64,000 bases of DNA from Vermamoeba vermiformis. Taxonomy: Eukaryota. The number at the start of each line of letters is the position of its first letter. The stretch's first letter is position 1. The stretch lies in the NCBI GenBank assembly GCA_045837725.1, contig JBEWZL010000091.1:1-64000 (forward strand), read 5' to 3'. Under the pieces are notes generated by a model. The model was not told the DNA's origin. It did not search any database and was given only the letters and a program-made list of their open reading frames with translations. The translations under genes were made by a program, and so were the position numbers. This document shows positions 26,659-39,000 of the stretch, piece after piece.

Positions 26659-28536
26659 ATGATGCTTACCGCGGTTATTGTGTTGCTGATCTTGGTGATT
26701 GCTGCCTTGGGTATCAAAACCTTATTAGCATCAAAACCTATCAATGGCGTACCTCTACTCGCAGGTCCTTCAATTGCAGGAAAATTCAATAGTAAGTAAA
26801 TTACCTACGTGTCAAGTCTAGATCCTCCGTTTTTAATTTCAAATCGCAGAAAATCCTGCCAAAATGCTCGAAGAGTCCAGAGAAAAATATGGAGACGTAT
26901 TTACCCTTGATTTATATTTACTACGAATGACTATCTCTTTTAAAGTCGCTGACATTCAAAGATTTTTTAAGGCGACTGAATCTGAAATGACAATTAAATG
27001 TAAGTTGCTCGCAAAAACTTGATTCCTTACAAGAATAATTTACCTCGCTAGATATTGATATCACTAGTTTCAAATTTCAGTTCGAAGTTGCAAACTTTTT
27101 TATTTCAGGTTCGCCTCTAGATTTCATAATAACCATTTCAATCCATAGCAACAGAACGGTTTGTTAAAGCTGTAGTTGGTCCTGAAGCGTTTGACCGCAA
27201 AGAAGCTATTCCTGACTCGCACGCACTAATAGCCGAAGGATTTCTAAGACCAGAACGACTCCAGCATTACATTGACCTACTGCGCGACGAAGCGAGAAAA
27301 ACTTGGGCCAAATTGGCTGAAAAAGAAGAATTTGATTTGTTTCCTGAGGTAAGACACGTGCTTTGATCATATTCGCCAATTTATGGCAACATCCCTTAAT
27401 TCTTCCCAGCCGTTTTTGTTTCTGACACGTGTCATTTTAGATCTCTCGGTTTGTAGTGCTGAGCAACATCTTGTGCTTCATGGGCAGACCTACTTACGAG
27501 AAACACGCAGACCAATTCGCACGTGCGTACTATGATATTGAGACCAATGCCTTTAAGCCGCTATCATTGCTCGCGCCATGGCTGCCTACACCTTCTACTA
27601 GGCTCGTTGCCAAGTCCCGCAAGAAGCTCTTAGAGATCATTGAGGAGGAAGTACGTCGTCAAAAAAGTATCACAACTACTACTACTGACAACGATGTTTA
27701 TGACAGACCAATAAGAGGTTAGCGAATCAAGAAGCGTACGAGAACAATAAGGATTATTTACAGCTCAATTTGAGCACGTCGCTCAAACAAGGGTTCCCGA
27801 CATCGAGGTACCCCTACTGGTTCTCCACATGGTTCGTCACATTGTTCTTTGCTGCGCACACCAATACTGCTGGAACTTTTGCGTGGTCCGTTGCGCATTT
27901 AGCTGAAAATCAGAAATTTCAAGAACGTGCCAGAAGAGAATGTCAAGCAGCTGTCAAAAGTACGTCACGACGGTAATCAAGGTAGCAGTGCTTAATTTTT
28001 CGGTAGATGACTCAGATCCGATCACATTATCAACGTTGCAGACATTGACGTTCTTAGACTGCGTAATGAAAGAGACCGTGAGAAGTTACGCGCTGTTATT
28101 TATGACGCGCAAGACGATGATTCCCGTCCAGTTCGGTGACGTGACAATACCTAAAGGTGAAATGGTGGCTATTAGTCCTTACATGATTCACCACGACCCG
28201 CAGATTTACAACGATCCGTACGTTTACAACCCCGATCGGTTTGAAGGTGAAGAGGGACAACGACATTTTGACGACAAGACGTACATTCAGTTCGGTTACG
28301 GCCAGCACCGTTGTTTAGGAGAAAAATTTGCGAATGTTGTGCTGAAGACCGGTTGGCTCGAATTGTTTTCCAAATATAGTATAGAAATCTTGTCTCCGAT
28401 AACCCCGCCTGATTTCTCAAGGTACGCCGAACACTTAATTAATTACCTTCTATAAATGTATAACGTCATATACAGAGCGGTTGGAATTCCTTTTTGCCAA
28501 GGTTCAATTCGGGCAAAATTACGGAAGTTGAAATAA
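26659..28536 (+). CDS. Cytochrome P450 (CYP51-like features)
   Basis: N-terminal TM anchor, KYGDVFT, I-helix LFFAAHTNT, KETVR, YNPDRF, FGYGQHRCLG. Confidence 0.92.
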
Positions 28537-28729
28537 GCGGATGCGGTTTAAACTAGAAGTGGAAGTGCGTTCTTATTCACGAGAATTTATGAAAGATTAC
28601 GAAGCGATACTTTCACCAAATAAGGAAATAAACTGAAAGTCACGCGGTATGTTTCGGAATTGTCCCGCTCAATAGTTGGTAATTTTAGTTTTTTCATTAA
28701 TTCAATCGCAAGCGACAGAGTTGACACAA

Positions 28730-31526
28730 ATGGCGCACTGCTGTAGTATCAAGACTACGGCAATTATATTTGGCCTCTTAGCGGTCCTCTTATACTTTCT
28801 TTTGCCAGGCCCAGACAGATCAATCCCGAATCTGCCCCCTTTCGTTAAGAGTTTGCCGGTGATTGGTAACTCTATCGATAATATATCTCGCAATAAGGCT
28901 TGGATAGTTGAAGTACTTAAGCAATACGGAGGCGTAGCTCACGCTTGGATCATGTTTCAAGTAAGTCCTAAATTTAGCTACCGCAGTCGCATCCGTGGGT
29001 TACATATTTAATGTAAAATATTCAGCTTATTAAATTGTATTATTACGCTTGATTCAGTTACTGAAACGTTTTCTGCCGAAATAATTATTTTTAGTACTCA
29101 TCCACAATCTGACGTTTTGATTGGCGATAGAATAATCTCTTAATGATGGACGCGCAAGGCTCAGAATTAGTTTACGATGAAAAACGATTTACTCGCCACG
29201 GAGCTATCCCCGAATTCGCGCTTAAACTGCTGCCTTGGAATGTCGGAAACATGGATGGCGAAGAACACAAGCAAAGAAAGACTCTCTTGCTCGAAACAGT
29301 ATCGGTGAGTATAAAACTGAATTTATTAGATTATTTTTGTAATTTAAAGTTTTATTTTCTTTCGGCGGATCGCGCCAAGTTTTTCCGACGCGTTTAAACC
29401 ACTAAAACTGATTGCTAAACGCATGAATATGCTTAGTAATATATATATTGCTCGAGTACAAGCATTTTCGGTGTTTTATATAGCTGATCCCGAGTAATAA
29501 TTTTATCAAAATTCCTTTGCGCGAATTTTATTAAGTCCGATGTTATTCCGCAGACTGTCAAGCTTGCGAATACGTTAATAACAATACTTATAAATCATAT
29601 AGGATGCCATGTTGGACAAATATCGTCCGATTATCTCGCAGCTCGTGGATCGATTTTTTGCCAGATGGAGCGCGCAGACTGGAAACTTTAGTTTCTCAGA
29701 TGAAGCATTTGGATTCTACGCCTTGATGCTGTCTCGATCCTTTTTAGGACAAGACATCGAGATCGGCGGTGAGAATTACGAAAATTTGAAGTTCTTGAGA
29801 GGATGCGTCATGGATGCAGTTCCAATCGATTTGCCGGGAACTACTTATCGTAAGAATAATCTATATCCATTATATATTTATAAATACATCGTAATCAGTT
29901 ATTCTACGCAATTAGACCAGAGGAAATTTCCAGTACAAAACTAAATCCGCTTTTTTGTCAAATATTAATTATAATTCCGACAGATAAATGCATTAAGACC
30001 GTTAATGCACAATTGAAGTGGTACGCAGATGTTATTACGGACCACTACAATCATCCTGAGAAGTACGACGATGGATTTAGAGCGGTCTACGAGCTCATGA
30101 AGAAAACGAAGCAAGATGTTAGCGCAGAAGATATGGCCAAAGAAATTAATCATATGATGTTTGCTGGACCTCCTGTAGCTTGGAAATTGTAAGTAGAAAC
30201 GAGATGCAGGATGCGCTTGTGGATTACAAAACAAATCTGACATTTCTTTTAGGGCTACTAATACCATCCTGGCCTTATTGAAGAACCCTGAGTATTTGCA
30301 ACGAGTCAAAGCGGAAATTAACCAAAACACAAAGCAACGGGTTGAATTTGATATTAACAAATTATTGCCGCCTATGGTAATGTCCAATAATGCAATATTA
30401 TAACACAAAAATATATCCTTATTTATCTATTTAATTGGTACCAAGATTCTGATCGCGAATGAATTTAAAGCGATAAAAATAACAGATCCAGCAATGTTAA
30501 TTAACCGCAATGAATTTCTTAATGATACGCGAAGATTTGACCTAATTTTGGTGTTATATAGGAGCTCGATATGGCCCTAAAAGAGACTATTCGTATGTAC
30601 GTTGGCTTACCTGGTATTCTGGCCAAAGCTCGAGACACTTTCAATTTCACGCATGCGTATCCGGATGGTACATCGAAGACATACACGTTCCCCAAAGGTA
30701 ATATAGCATATGATATATGTTGCCGTTGACAAAATGCCAATAATTATGATTGCATTTGTGTTGACGGGACCTGAATTCAATTTTTGCGACGGAAGAATAG
30801 ATTCGTTTTTGTGTTTTTTTTCGACGGTCGTTAAAGTCTATAATATGCACGCCTATGAAATTATTATTTAACGCCTATACTCGTAATAATAATTTATCGG
30901 AAGTTTCTGATCCGCCTGAAAATTGGTATCTTCGTGCGCGGGATCTAGGGCAGTTGTGAGCTCTGGTGTACTTCCCACGTAACATTTATTACTATACTAA
31001 CGCACTCATGTTGTTCAGGCTGGGTCGGCCAGATGTCTATTAATGCCGTGAATTATAACCCTGATAACTTTGAAGATCCCGAGTCGTTCAAACCTGACAG
31101 ATGGCACACGGATGCGGGCAAACATTCGCCTGAAAAATTCAATTATAACACGTTTGGTGCGGGTCCTATTATAGGTAACTTCATTTATATCAGTATACAG
31201 CTATCTAATTATGCCACAAACCTTCCCCAGCTGGTCGCGAGCCGTTTTCTTTTTATGAAATCTACGGCTGTTGCCTTGCTTCGATAATTTTCTTTTGACA
31301 TGACTGACAGTTAACTCTTTGCAAAACTAAGTCGATATCGATAGGACACCGTTGCTTGGGCCAGCGATTAGCGCCGTTCGTGACAAAGATGTTTATTTTT
31401 GAGCTCTTTGCTCGTGGATGTACTTTCAACATGGTACATCCGGACGAATGGCTGGAGTTCAACATGCAGATGGTGCCTATTCCTGAAAAGGGCTTTTTAA
31501 TCAATAACTTCAAGTGTGCGAACTAA
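28730..31526 (+). CDS. Atypical cytochrome P450
   Basis: TM anchor and PP hinge, MDGEEHKQRK, I-helix MFAGPPVAW, KETIR, FKPDRW, FGAGPII|GHRCLG. Confidence 0.9.
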
Positions 31527-31941
31527 TCTAGTGAGATCATGCAAAACTGTGCGTAAATAAACGAATTCAATAATTATTTAATTCGCAACCACATCCCTGC
31601 CTGGCTTCGAGAGCAAAATGCTTGCAGATCCGTAAACGGGTAAATCAAGTGTCACGTTGTAAAGAACCTCCGACCGCAGTCCACGTACGCCGGCCAGATT
31701 TAATCTTCCTTATATGGCTATTACGCCTTCTTATCAGGAAATTTTTGTGGGATTTCCGTTACGTGAGTTCTGTTAATTTATCACAACACGTCAAAGTTGT
31801 ACATTTCCAGGGTATAAATTATGTTTCGTTTTCTTTTTGGCATTATTTGTCGAGAATTAAAAGAGGTGACAACAACATTTCGGATTTGATTCGATTACAA
31901 AATCTTCTGTTGGGTTAGAGTTTCATTCAGCAGTTACACTC

Positions 31942-32764
31942 ATGGACTTCTCCGAGATATTAGATCTGAATATGACTTGCATCAAGCAATTCGATAGCGT
32001 AAGTGAACGTCGTCGATACGCGATCCGCATTGGTTAGAGCTCAAAGACTTACTCTTTAATACTAGAGCGCATATCAAATGCAGGAAGCGCACCTAGCACC
32101 TTACCTCTTCTCTTGGGACTACGTGTCCAGCTGCCTGGATGTTACCGATCAGCAGATGTCTCACAAACGAAAAGCTCCCGAAACACTTCTTGACTATGCC
32201 GAATACATTTTCAACGATACTATTTATCCGCCGCCTTATAAAAGACAAAAATTATCCTCGGAGGAATCGGACGAAAGAGTATCAATTCACAGTACTTTGA
32301 GCTCGCTTGTCTCAAGCCCAGAATGCAACGAAAGCTATGTTGGCGAGTCTGACCAATCATGTTCAGCGCCTATGAGTCCTAGCAGCGAGTGCAAGTCCTC
32401 AGACGATAGCAATATGGAATTGCCGAAACCTAGATCATCTGCCGGTCTTTCCTCAACGCTCCCCAGCGAGAAATTATGGCGTACTCTGCGTGAAAAAATG
32501 CGATACAATCATATTCACCAGAAAGAAGTCGCGAGAGATATCGGTGTTAGGTAAGATCGGGCTCACAAAATCTCTTTGTGGATCTATCTTCTAATCGATT
32601 CAATCAGCCCGAGTACAATCAGCTCATACATGAATAGAAAGAGTCGACTAAATGGATGGCATTGTCTTGAACTAGCGATCGTTCGATGGTTGGAAAAGAA
32701 CGAGAGCAGATTCAACTTGAACATTATCGATTACACCAAGACATTCAAGTTGACACCTGATTAA
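31942..32764 (+). CDS. Putative transcription regulator with C-terminal lambda-repressor-like HTH
   Basis: Three exons; NLS-like HKRK and YKRQK; Ser-rich linker; LREKM....IHQKEVARDIGVSPSTISSYMN. Confidence 0.75.
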
Positions 32765-33058
32765 TGCACTGATACCAACGGCCATATTTATTTATTATGT
32801 ACATATTGCGATTGATTGTATTTTATTAATTACGCTTCTCAGTAACGGTTAGAAATGATAATAAACCAATTTTGGACTGAACGGTCACATTGAGAACTGA
32901 ATCAAAGTGTATTTCAAATCTTTATTATCATAACAATATAGTACTTTAAACTAATCAAATTATCTCATGCAGCGGTCTTGCAAGCAGCAGAACTGTAGCG
33001 GCAGAAGAGGCGGATGTGATCTGACATTTGACACGTGTCAATCAGCTGACGACGAGAT

Positions 33059-36000
33059 TTAAACCTTGGGCGGGTTAGCATCTCGGATAACAGCTCCGAA
33101 CTCATTGCTCATCACGAGGATCGAGAACTTCTCAACAGAGTCGAGCTGATTGGTGCTCAATGAAGTGTAGTCGAAGCGGCCCTTCAGATCAGTGTACTAA
33201 ACATAGAAAAAAATAGATTAGTGACTGTGTTTTTAATCTCGCAACATTAGATAAAGCGAATTGGTATATAGTAAAGTGGGTATGTTAAAGTGAGTGAAGC
33301 TAAATTTGGTTATTATTTGTCAAACGCGATTGACAGGTATTCATCTCGCGAGAGCTAAAAACGATATTTTTTATGAGCTGTCATTCACGTCGTTCCCTTC
33401 CTGCTAAAATTGGTTGCAGTAAATCTTAAGATTAAAAAAGTGAGCGCAGGGAACGACCCCAAGAGTAATAAATCAAAATTTTTGCCCTCGGAATACGAAC
33501 AACGCTCAAATCGTAGCAATGATTGGCTATTATCGCAACAGTAATTTAACCGTTGCAAAGTACCGTAGTAGTAGACATGCGAAAACAACTGCTACTTACG
33601 CCGTCCTTGTAGAAATCAACGCTGCCGCTGCGACTTTGCGAGTAGACCTTGACGTACACCTTGGACAGTGGTTTGTTCTGGTCCTTGCGCAACACCTTCA
33701 ATTGACCAATGTTCTCCATCACGTGCACGGCAAGGGCGTTGCTGTAGTAGGCCTGTCATATTGGAATCATTAGTACAATTTATCGGCAGTATTGGAAAAT
33801 TCGGGTCGCGGATTCGCAATTCAACGAATAATCTCCGGCAAACCCGGTGTCGCTTTTTTTGTAGGTAATACTTAGAAAGTCCAGTCTCAATTCTCATAAA
33901 GATCACATAGATTAAAAATCGCTAGCGAATTACTTACGGTAGATCTGCGCAAGCCCCAAGCGAATACTTCGAGCATCAAGTTCTTGTTTTGAAGTTCCTT
34001 AGGGATCTCAACGACGGTTTCAGGTTGAGCAGGATCGATGGCAACCTTGATCGTCTTGTTGGGCTTGATGAACAAAAATTGATCGGCCCTAGAAAAAAGA
34101 ATTCAGTCAGATCTAATTCTGATTGGTAAAAACTAGATGCGGTATAATTATGCCACAATGTCTTAACGAGATGTATGACATATCCAATCATGATTTTTAC
34201 TCGCTTGTAATAAAATAAATAAATCAAATCTTTTTTTAAACCGATCTAAAAAAGGCAAATGCAAAATCAGATGATTATATTAATTAGCGTATCCATCTAT
34301 TAATATAAACGGGTACTTACTTGGTTTGGATGAAAGGATTGTTGCTGAACAACAACTCGAGATCCAAGTCGAAAAAGTTGACCACCAATTGGCCACCAGC
34401 GGGACCTGTGGCAGCGGCAATCAATTTGACGCCTTCGACATTGACAGACAAGGCAGGAGCCACGACAGTAGTGCTCGGGCCCTTGACTGGAGCAGCGGCC
34501 ACGTCCTCAGCAGTGACTTCGCTGGCCACGGCAGCCACGGCTTGGAACAGATCGCGCCATCTCTTGACAGGGTGATTCCTGATTCACAGAATTAATTAAG
34601 ATTTGTTTCTAGAAGGCGCCACGTGATCGTTTCTAGAGCTTACAGGTGTTTTTTGGAGATTTCTAACGCGGTCTTGGGGTTCTCGTTGAAGCAGTCCAAA
34701 TAAGCAGCGAGGTACTCGTACTGCAACACACTGTGCGAGCCAACACCCTTCTCGGGCTTGTTGACGCGCTTGAAGAAGTTGATGGCCTCTTCAATGCGGT
34801 CCTGAAGCACCAAGTAGACTACGACCGACATCTTTTGAGCATCGGTCAATTGCGGCACGTAGCACAACTGCTCGATGAATGACTCGTATTGGGCCTTGAA
34901 TCTGTTCATGATCACGTTAGACACGATCAAAATCAAATAAAATCAACGAGTCTTACGAAGTGTTGAGGATCTCGCGCTTCTTGCCAAGAGCGTGGGCACG
35001 GGCATTGACGAGCGGGAAGTACTCCAAGTGTTGGTAAGTGTGGCGCTCAATCGGATCAATCTTGACGAGCTTGGAGGTGAAGTAGCCCTTGATTTGGTAG
35101 GTGATCGAGTCGCAGTATTGGACGTACTCGGGGATAAGAGACTCGTCCTTGTGGTGCAGGGCGTAGGCGTACAAGGTGGAGTTGAAGACCAAACGCTTCT
35201 TCAAGATCTTGATGACCTTCTTGAACACGTCCTTCTTGTTCATGCGCCACGCGATGCGGTCAAGGGAAACCTTGTGGATGTTTTGAGTCTTCAAGAACTT
35301 GTAGACAGCGTCATCCGAGCCTTGTTGAGAGATGTACTCCCAAGTGTTCGTGTCAACGCTGGTTAACTTCTCGACGACGCGCAACTTGCTGGGAGGAGCA
35401 AAAGCAATCACCTTCTCGTCCTTGCTGACGTGAATGGGGAAGTGCTCAAAACTGCCCGCAGCGGGGAAGTAGAAGCTGTACTCGAAGGTGGTAGTCGAGT
35501 ACGAGCTCATGTCACGGTGCATGCTCTTGGTGACGAAGCCCTTGTTGACGGGAATGGCACCAATAGGGATTTGCATCAACATGTCAATGCGTTGCATGGC
35601 ACTGGAGACGTTGGAGAGAACAATGTGGCAGCCATAGACCCTGGAGAACATTGTTAGTTTCAATGATACGGACGAATCGAATAGACCTACTTGTTGATTA
35701 AGAACTCTTCCTTCTCCCAGTTGACGTATTTATCGACTTGAACTCCGCGATCATAGGTGTATCTGTCGTTAGGATCGAAGTAGTTTTGTCCGACGAGAAC
35801 AGCCATACTAAGCAACATGTCAGTAACGGTTGATAATTGTTAACATGATTGACTTACCGCTCGACAGGGCACTCCTTGATCTCCTTGTGGAAGGCAATAG
35901 TAGCCTTCTTGGTGTTCAAAATCATCTTGGTGTCTTCAAAAGCAACATCAAGGGCTTCGTCTTTAGTGCCAGTGCTCATGCTCAGATCCAACACGGACAC

Positions 36001-39000
36001 CACGAACATGACTTCGGTGAAGTTAGACGCTGCAAGCACGAAGTTCTTGGACAAGAAAGCGCCGGATCCACTGTAGTTGGCGAAGTCAGCCCAGAATGCA
36101 TTGATGGGAATCAAGCTGTTGTCTTGACGGCTGATTGGCAGCTTGTAATAGTTGTTTTCAGCGTACTCCTTGGTCTTGTCGAGCACCTTGTAGAATTGTT
36201 GCTGTTGTTGACGTTCCTCAAGGTAATCATCATCCTCTTCACCTTCAGAGTAAGCGGCTTCTTCCTTTTCCATTTCCATTTCATCCATGTCCATGCTCAT
36301 GTCCGCAGCATACGCCATTTTAGACGATGGCGCAAAATCAGCCATTTCATAAGCCATCTGTCTCATCATGGCACCAGGAGGTGGAGCTGGGGCAGCCATG
36401 GAAGCCATAATAGGAGCTGGCATCAGGTTCATCATCTCAGGCTCTGCCATGACTCGCGCTTCTTTTTTCTTAGCAACCTTCTCCTTCACTGCAAGAAGTA
36501 ATTGTTAGAATTTTCGAACGCGTTTAAGATCCTTTCAAACGTACTCGCGTAGGCCTTTTCGCGCGCTTGTTCCAGACCCAAGCTATCTTCAGCTTCAAAT
36601 GCCTTGCCCTTCAAAGCCTTTAACCAAAGTTAGTGACTTGAGGAGAATATATATTACCGCCACCACTTACAGCTTTAAAGCAAGCTTCCATTTGAATACT
36701 TTCATCGATAATGCTGACGACGCTTTCGTACAAGTTCTTGGCGAAATCTCCGATGCTGCTAGTAACCAAGCTCTTCGAGCTCTTGCTCTTCTTAGGCTTG
36801 TCTTTGGTGCTGCCGGTGGCTATAATGTAGGCATTAATAAGAGTTGCAAGTCGATTATTGGTGGAAATACTTACCAACAGCTCCAATCTTGTGGTACAAC
36901 AAGATTTGCTCGACAATATTCAAACGAGAGAATCTCCAAGGCTCAACGAATGAAGACAAATCTTCGTCCAACAAGTAGTAATCCATGAAGGTCTTGTCCT
37001 TCTTGTTGGCCAAGTAAGGCTTGACAATCTTGTCGAAGAAGGCACGGTCCTTCTTGTAAATGAAGAAATGCAACTCGTGGCAAGCGAATTCGTTGTACTT
37101 CTCTTTCTTCTCGTCTTCGCTGAGCTCGAGCCACTTCAACACAAAGTTGAACTCCTTGAGGGTGGTTTGAGTGCTGCCGTCGCTCAATGTCACCAACAAG
37201 TTGAAAGCCTTTTCGAGGCTGTCGTAAAACTCAAAGGAGGAAGTGGTGATGTCGGCAATAGTGAACTTGGTGCCAGATTGAATAGGCGTGATCTGGGGTT
37301 GCTCGGTGTAGTGGTCATTAGCGTGCAAAGCGTTGCGGGTAGCCAAGCGCAAGTCCTTGAACTTGGGGTTGGCCTCGTGCTTCAAATCGTGACGGCGGTA
37401 GACGCAAGCAGTGAGATCAATAGCCACGACAGTGAGCATGGCAGGTTGATTCTTGAATGCATCACGCTTGATGTTGATGACACCATCCTTGTCAGCCTTC
37501 AAGTTCAACAACAAAGTTGTCGGAGTGCTCATGAAGTCCAGTGAGGATTTGCCAGGGCTGGCAGAGGCGCCACCACCATAGTCGGCCTACATTTAAGTTA
37601 GAGAATGACAATAATTAAACTCTAAACTTACTCTACGGGAGCGAGAGGCCCCACTAAGTGCTTTTGCGGAAACGTCACGAGCCAAGCCGTATTCGCCACC
37701 AAGAGCAGCGGTTTGGGTGCCAGTCTCGGTAGTCTTGACAGCCCAAGGGTTCAACAGCAATTGAGGGCGGTGCAAGTTGTTTCCAGGGTAGACCTTGGCA
37801 CGCTTACGCTCCAAGATGTACTTGTACTCGTCACCAAGAGCACGGCCTTCAACAAACAAGCAAGGGAAGCGAACAAACTTGGACTCCTCATTGGGCTCAA
37901 GTATTGAACCCGCAAAGGATTGGTAGGCACTGTAGATTGGGGCGAAATAAGTGGCAAACACGTGCACACGAGTGTTCTTGGTGTCGTTCTCGAGCTTGAT
38001 GGTGACAACGTCGTCCTTCTCCTTGATGCTAGAGATGTGCAACATCTTCTTGTTCTTGACGGGCAAGAAGCGAGTACTGCCCAGAATGTGACCATGGACT
38101 TCTTCACCTTCAGTCACTCGGATAGTGATGACAGAGTATCCGTGAGCTTTGTCGTACAACTGGTAGTTTCCAGCTAGCAACTTCTTCACGGCAAGCATGC
38201 CATCTTCAAGAACCAAATGCTTGAAGCAGTCACGCAAAGGTACTCCACGACGCATTTCGTAGAGAGCCCATTCGGTACGCTTGACCTCAGTCTCGGTGCC
38301 CAAATAAGGAATGCGCACGCTGCGACCAACCTTGGCATGGATAGTTCTGGGGACAGCGCTCAAGGCAGCATCAGTGAGTGTCCATTGACGATTGCTGTAT
38401 TGAATGTAGTCAATGTCCTTCAGTTGTCCCAACTTGACGACACCATGCTTGTCAGTTTGGAGATAAGAGTTGATAGTCGAGCTCAGGTGCTTGTGCTTGA
38501 ATGTCAAGTACAATTGCTTTCCTGGACGAGGCTCGCCAGTCTTGCCGAGAACCATCAATTGATAGCCAGTCTTGCTCCACTGCAAGAAGTAATCTTCCAA
38601 TTCAGAGGTATTGTCGATCTGGTTCAAGTCGAACGACTTGGCAACGTTGAAGTTTTGATACTCGCCGTTGCTGATGGCCTTAACTTTGCAAGTCAGGGTG
38701 AAGCGAATGTTGCGCAAGTTGTCAGGGACCTTGAACTCAAAAGTGGAGTCTTTGTCCGCGTAGAGCTTGAAGTCTCTGACGTCCTTAGTAGTTTGAACAG
38801 ACTCGTGGTCAGTGGAGACCAATGACAAGACGACGTCTTCCAAGATCTCGAATGAAGCAGGGAGGCCGTTGAGGAAGAACTGAGGGCGAACAATAACTTG
38901 AGTCTTCTCACCCTTGATCAAGGATTCGCGGTCGACGTAGATGGAGGCGTCGAACGAGTACTCTTCGCGTTGGTGATGGAAAGTAGACAAAGCAGCAAAG

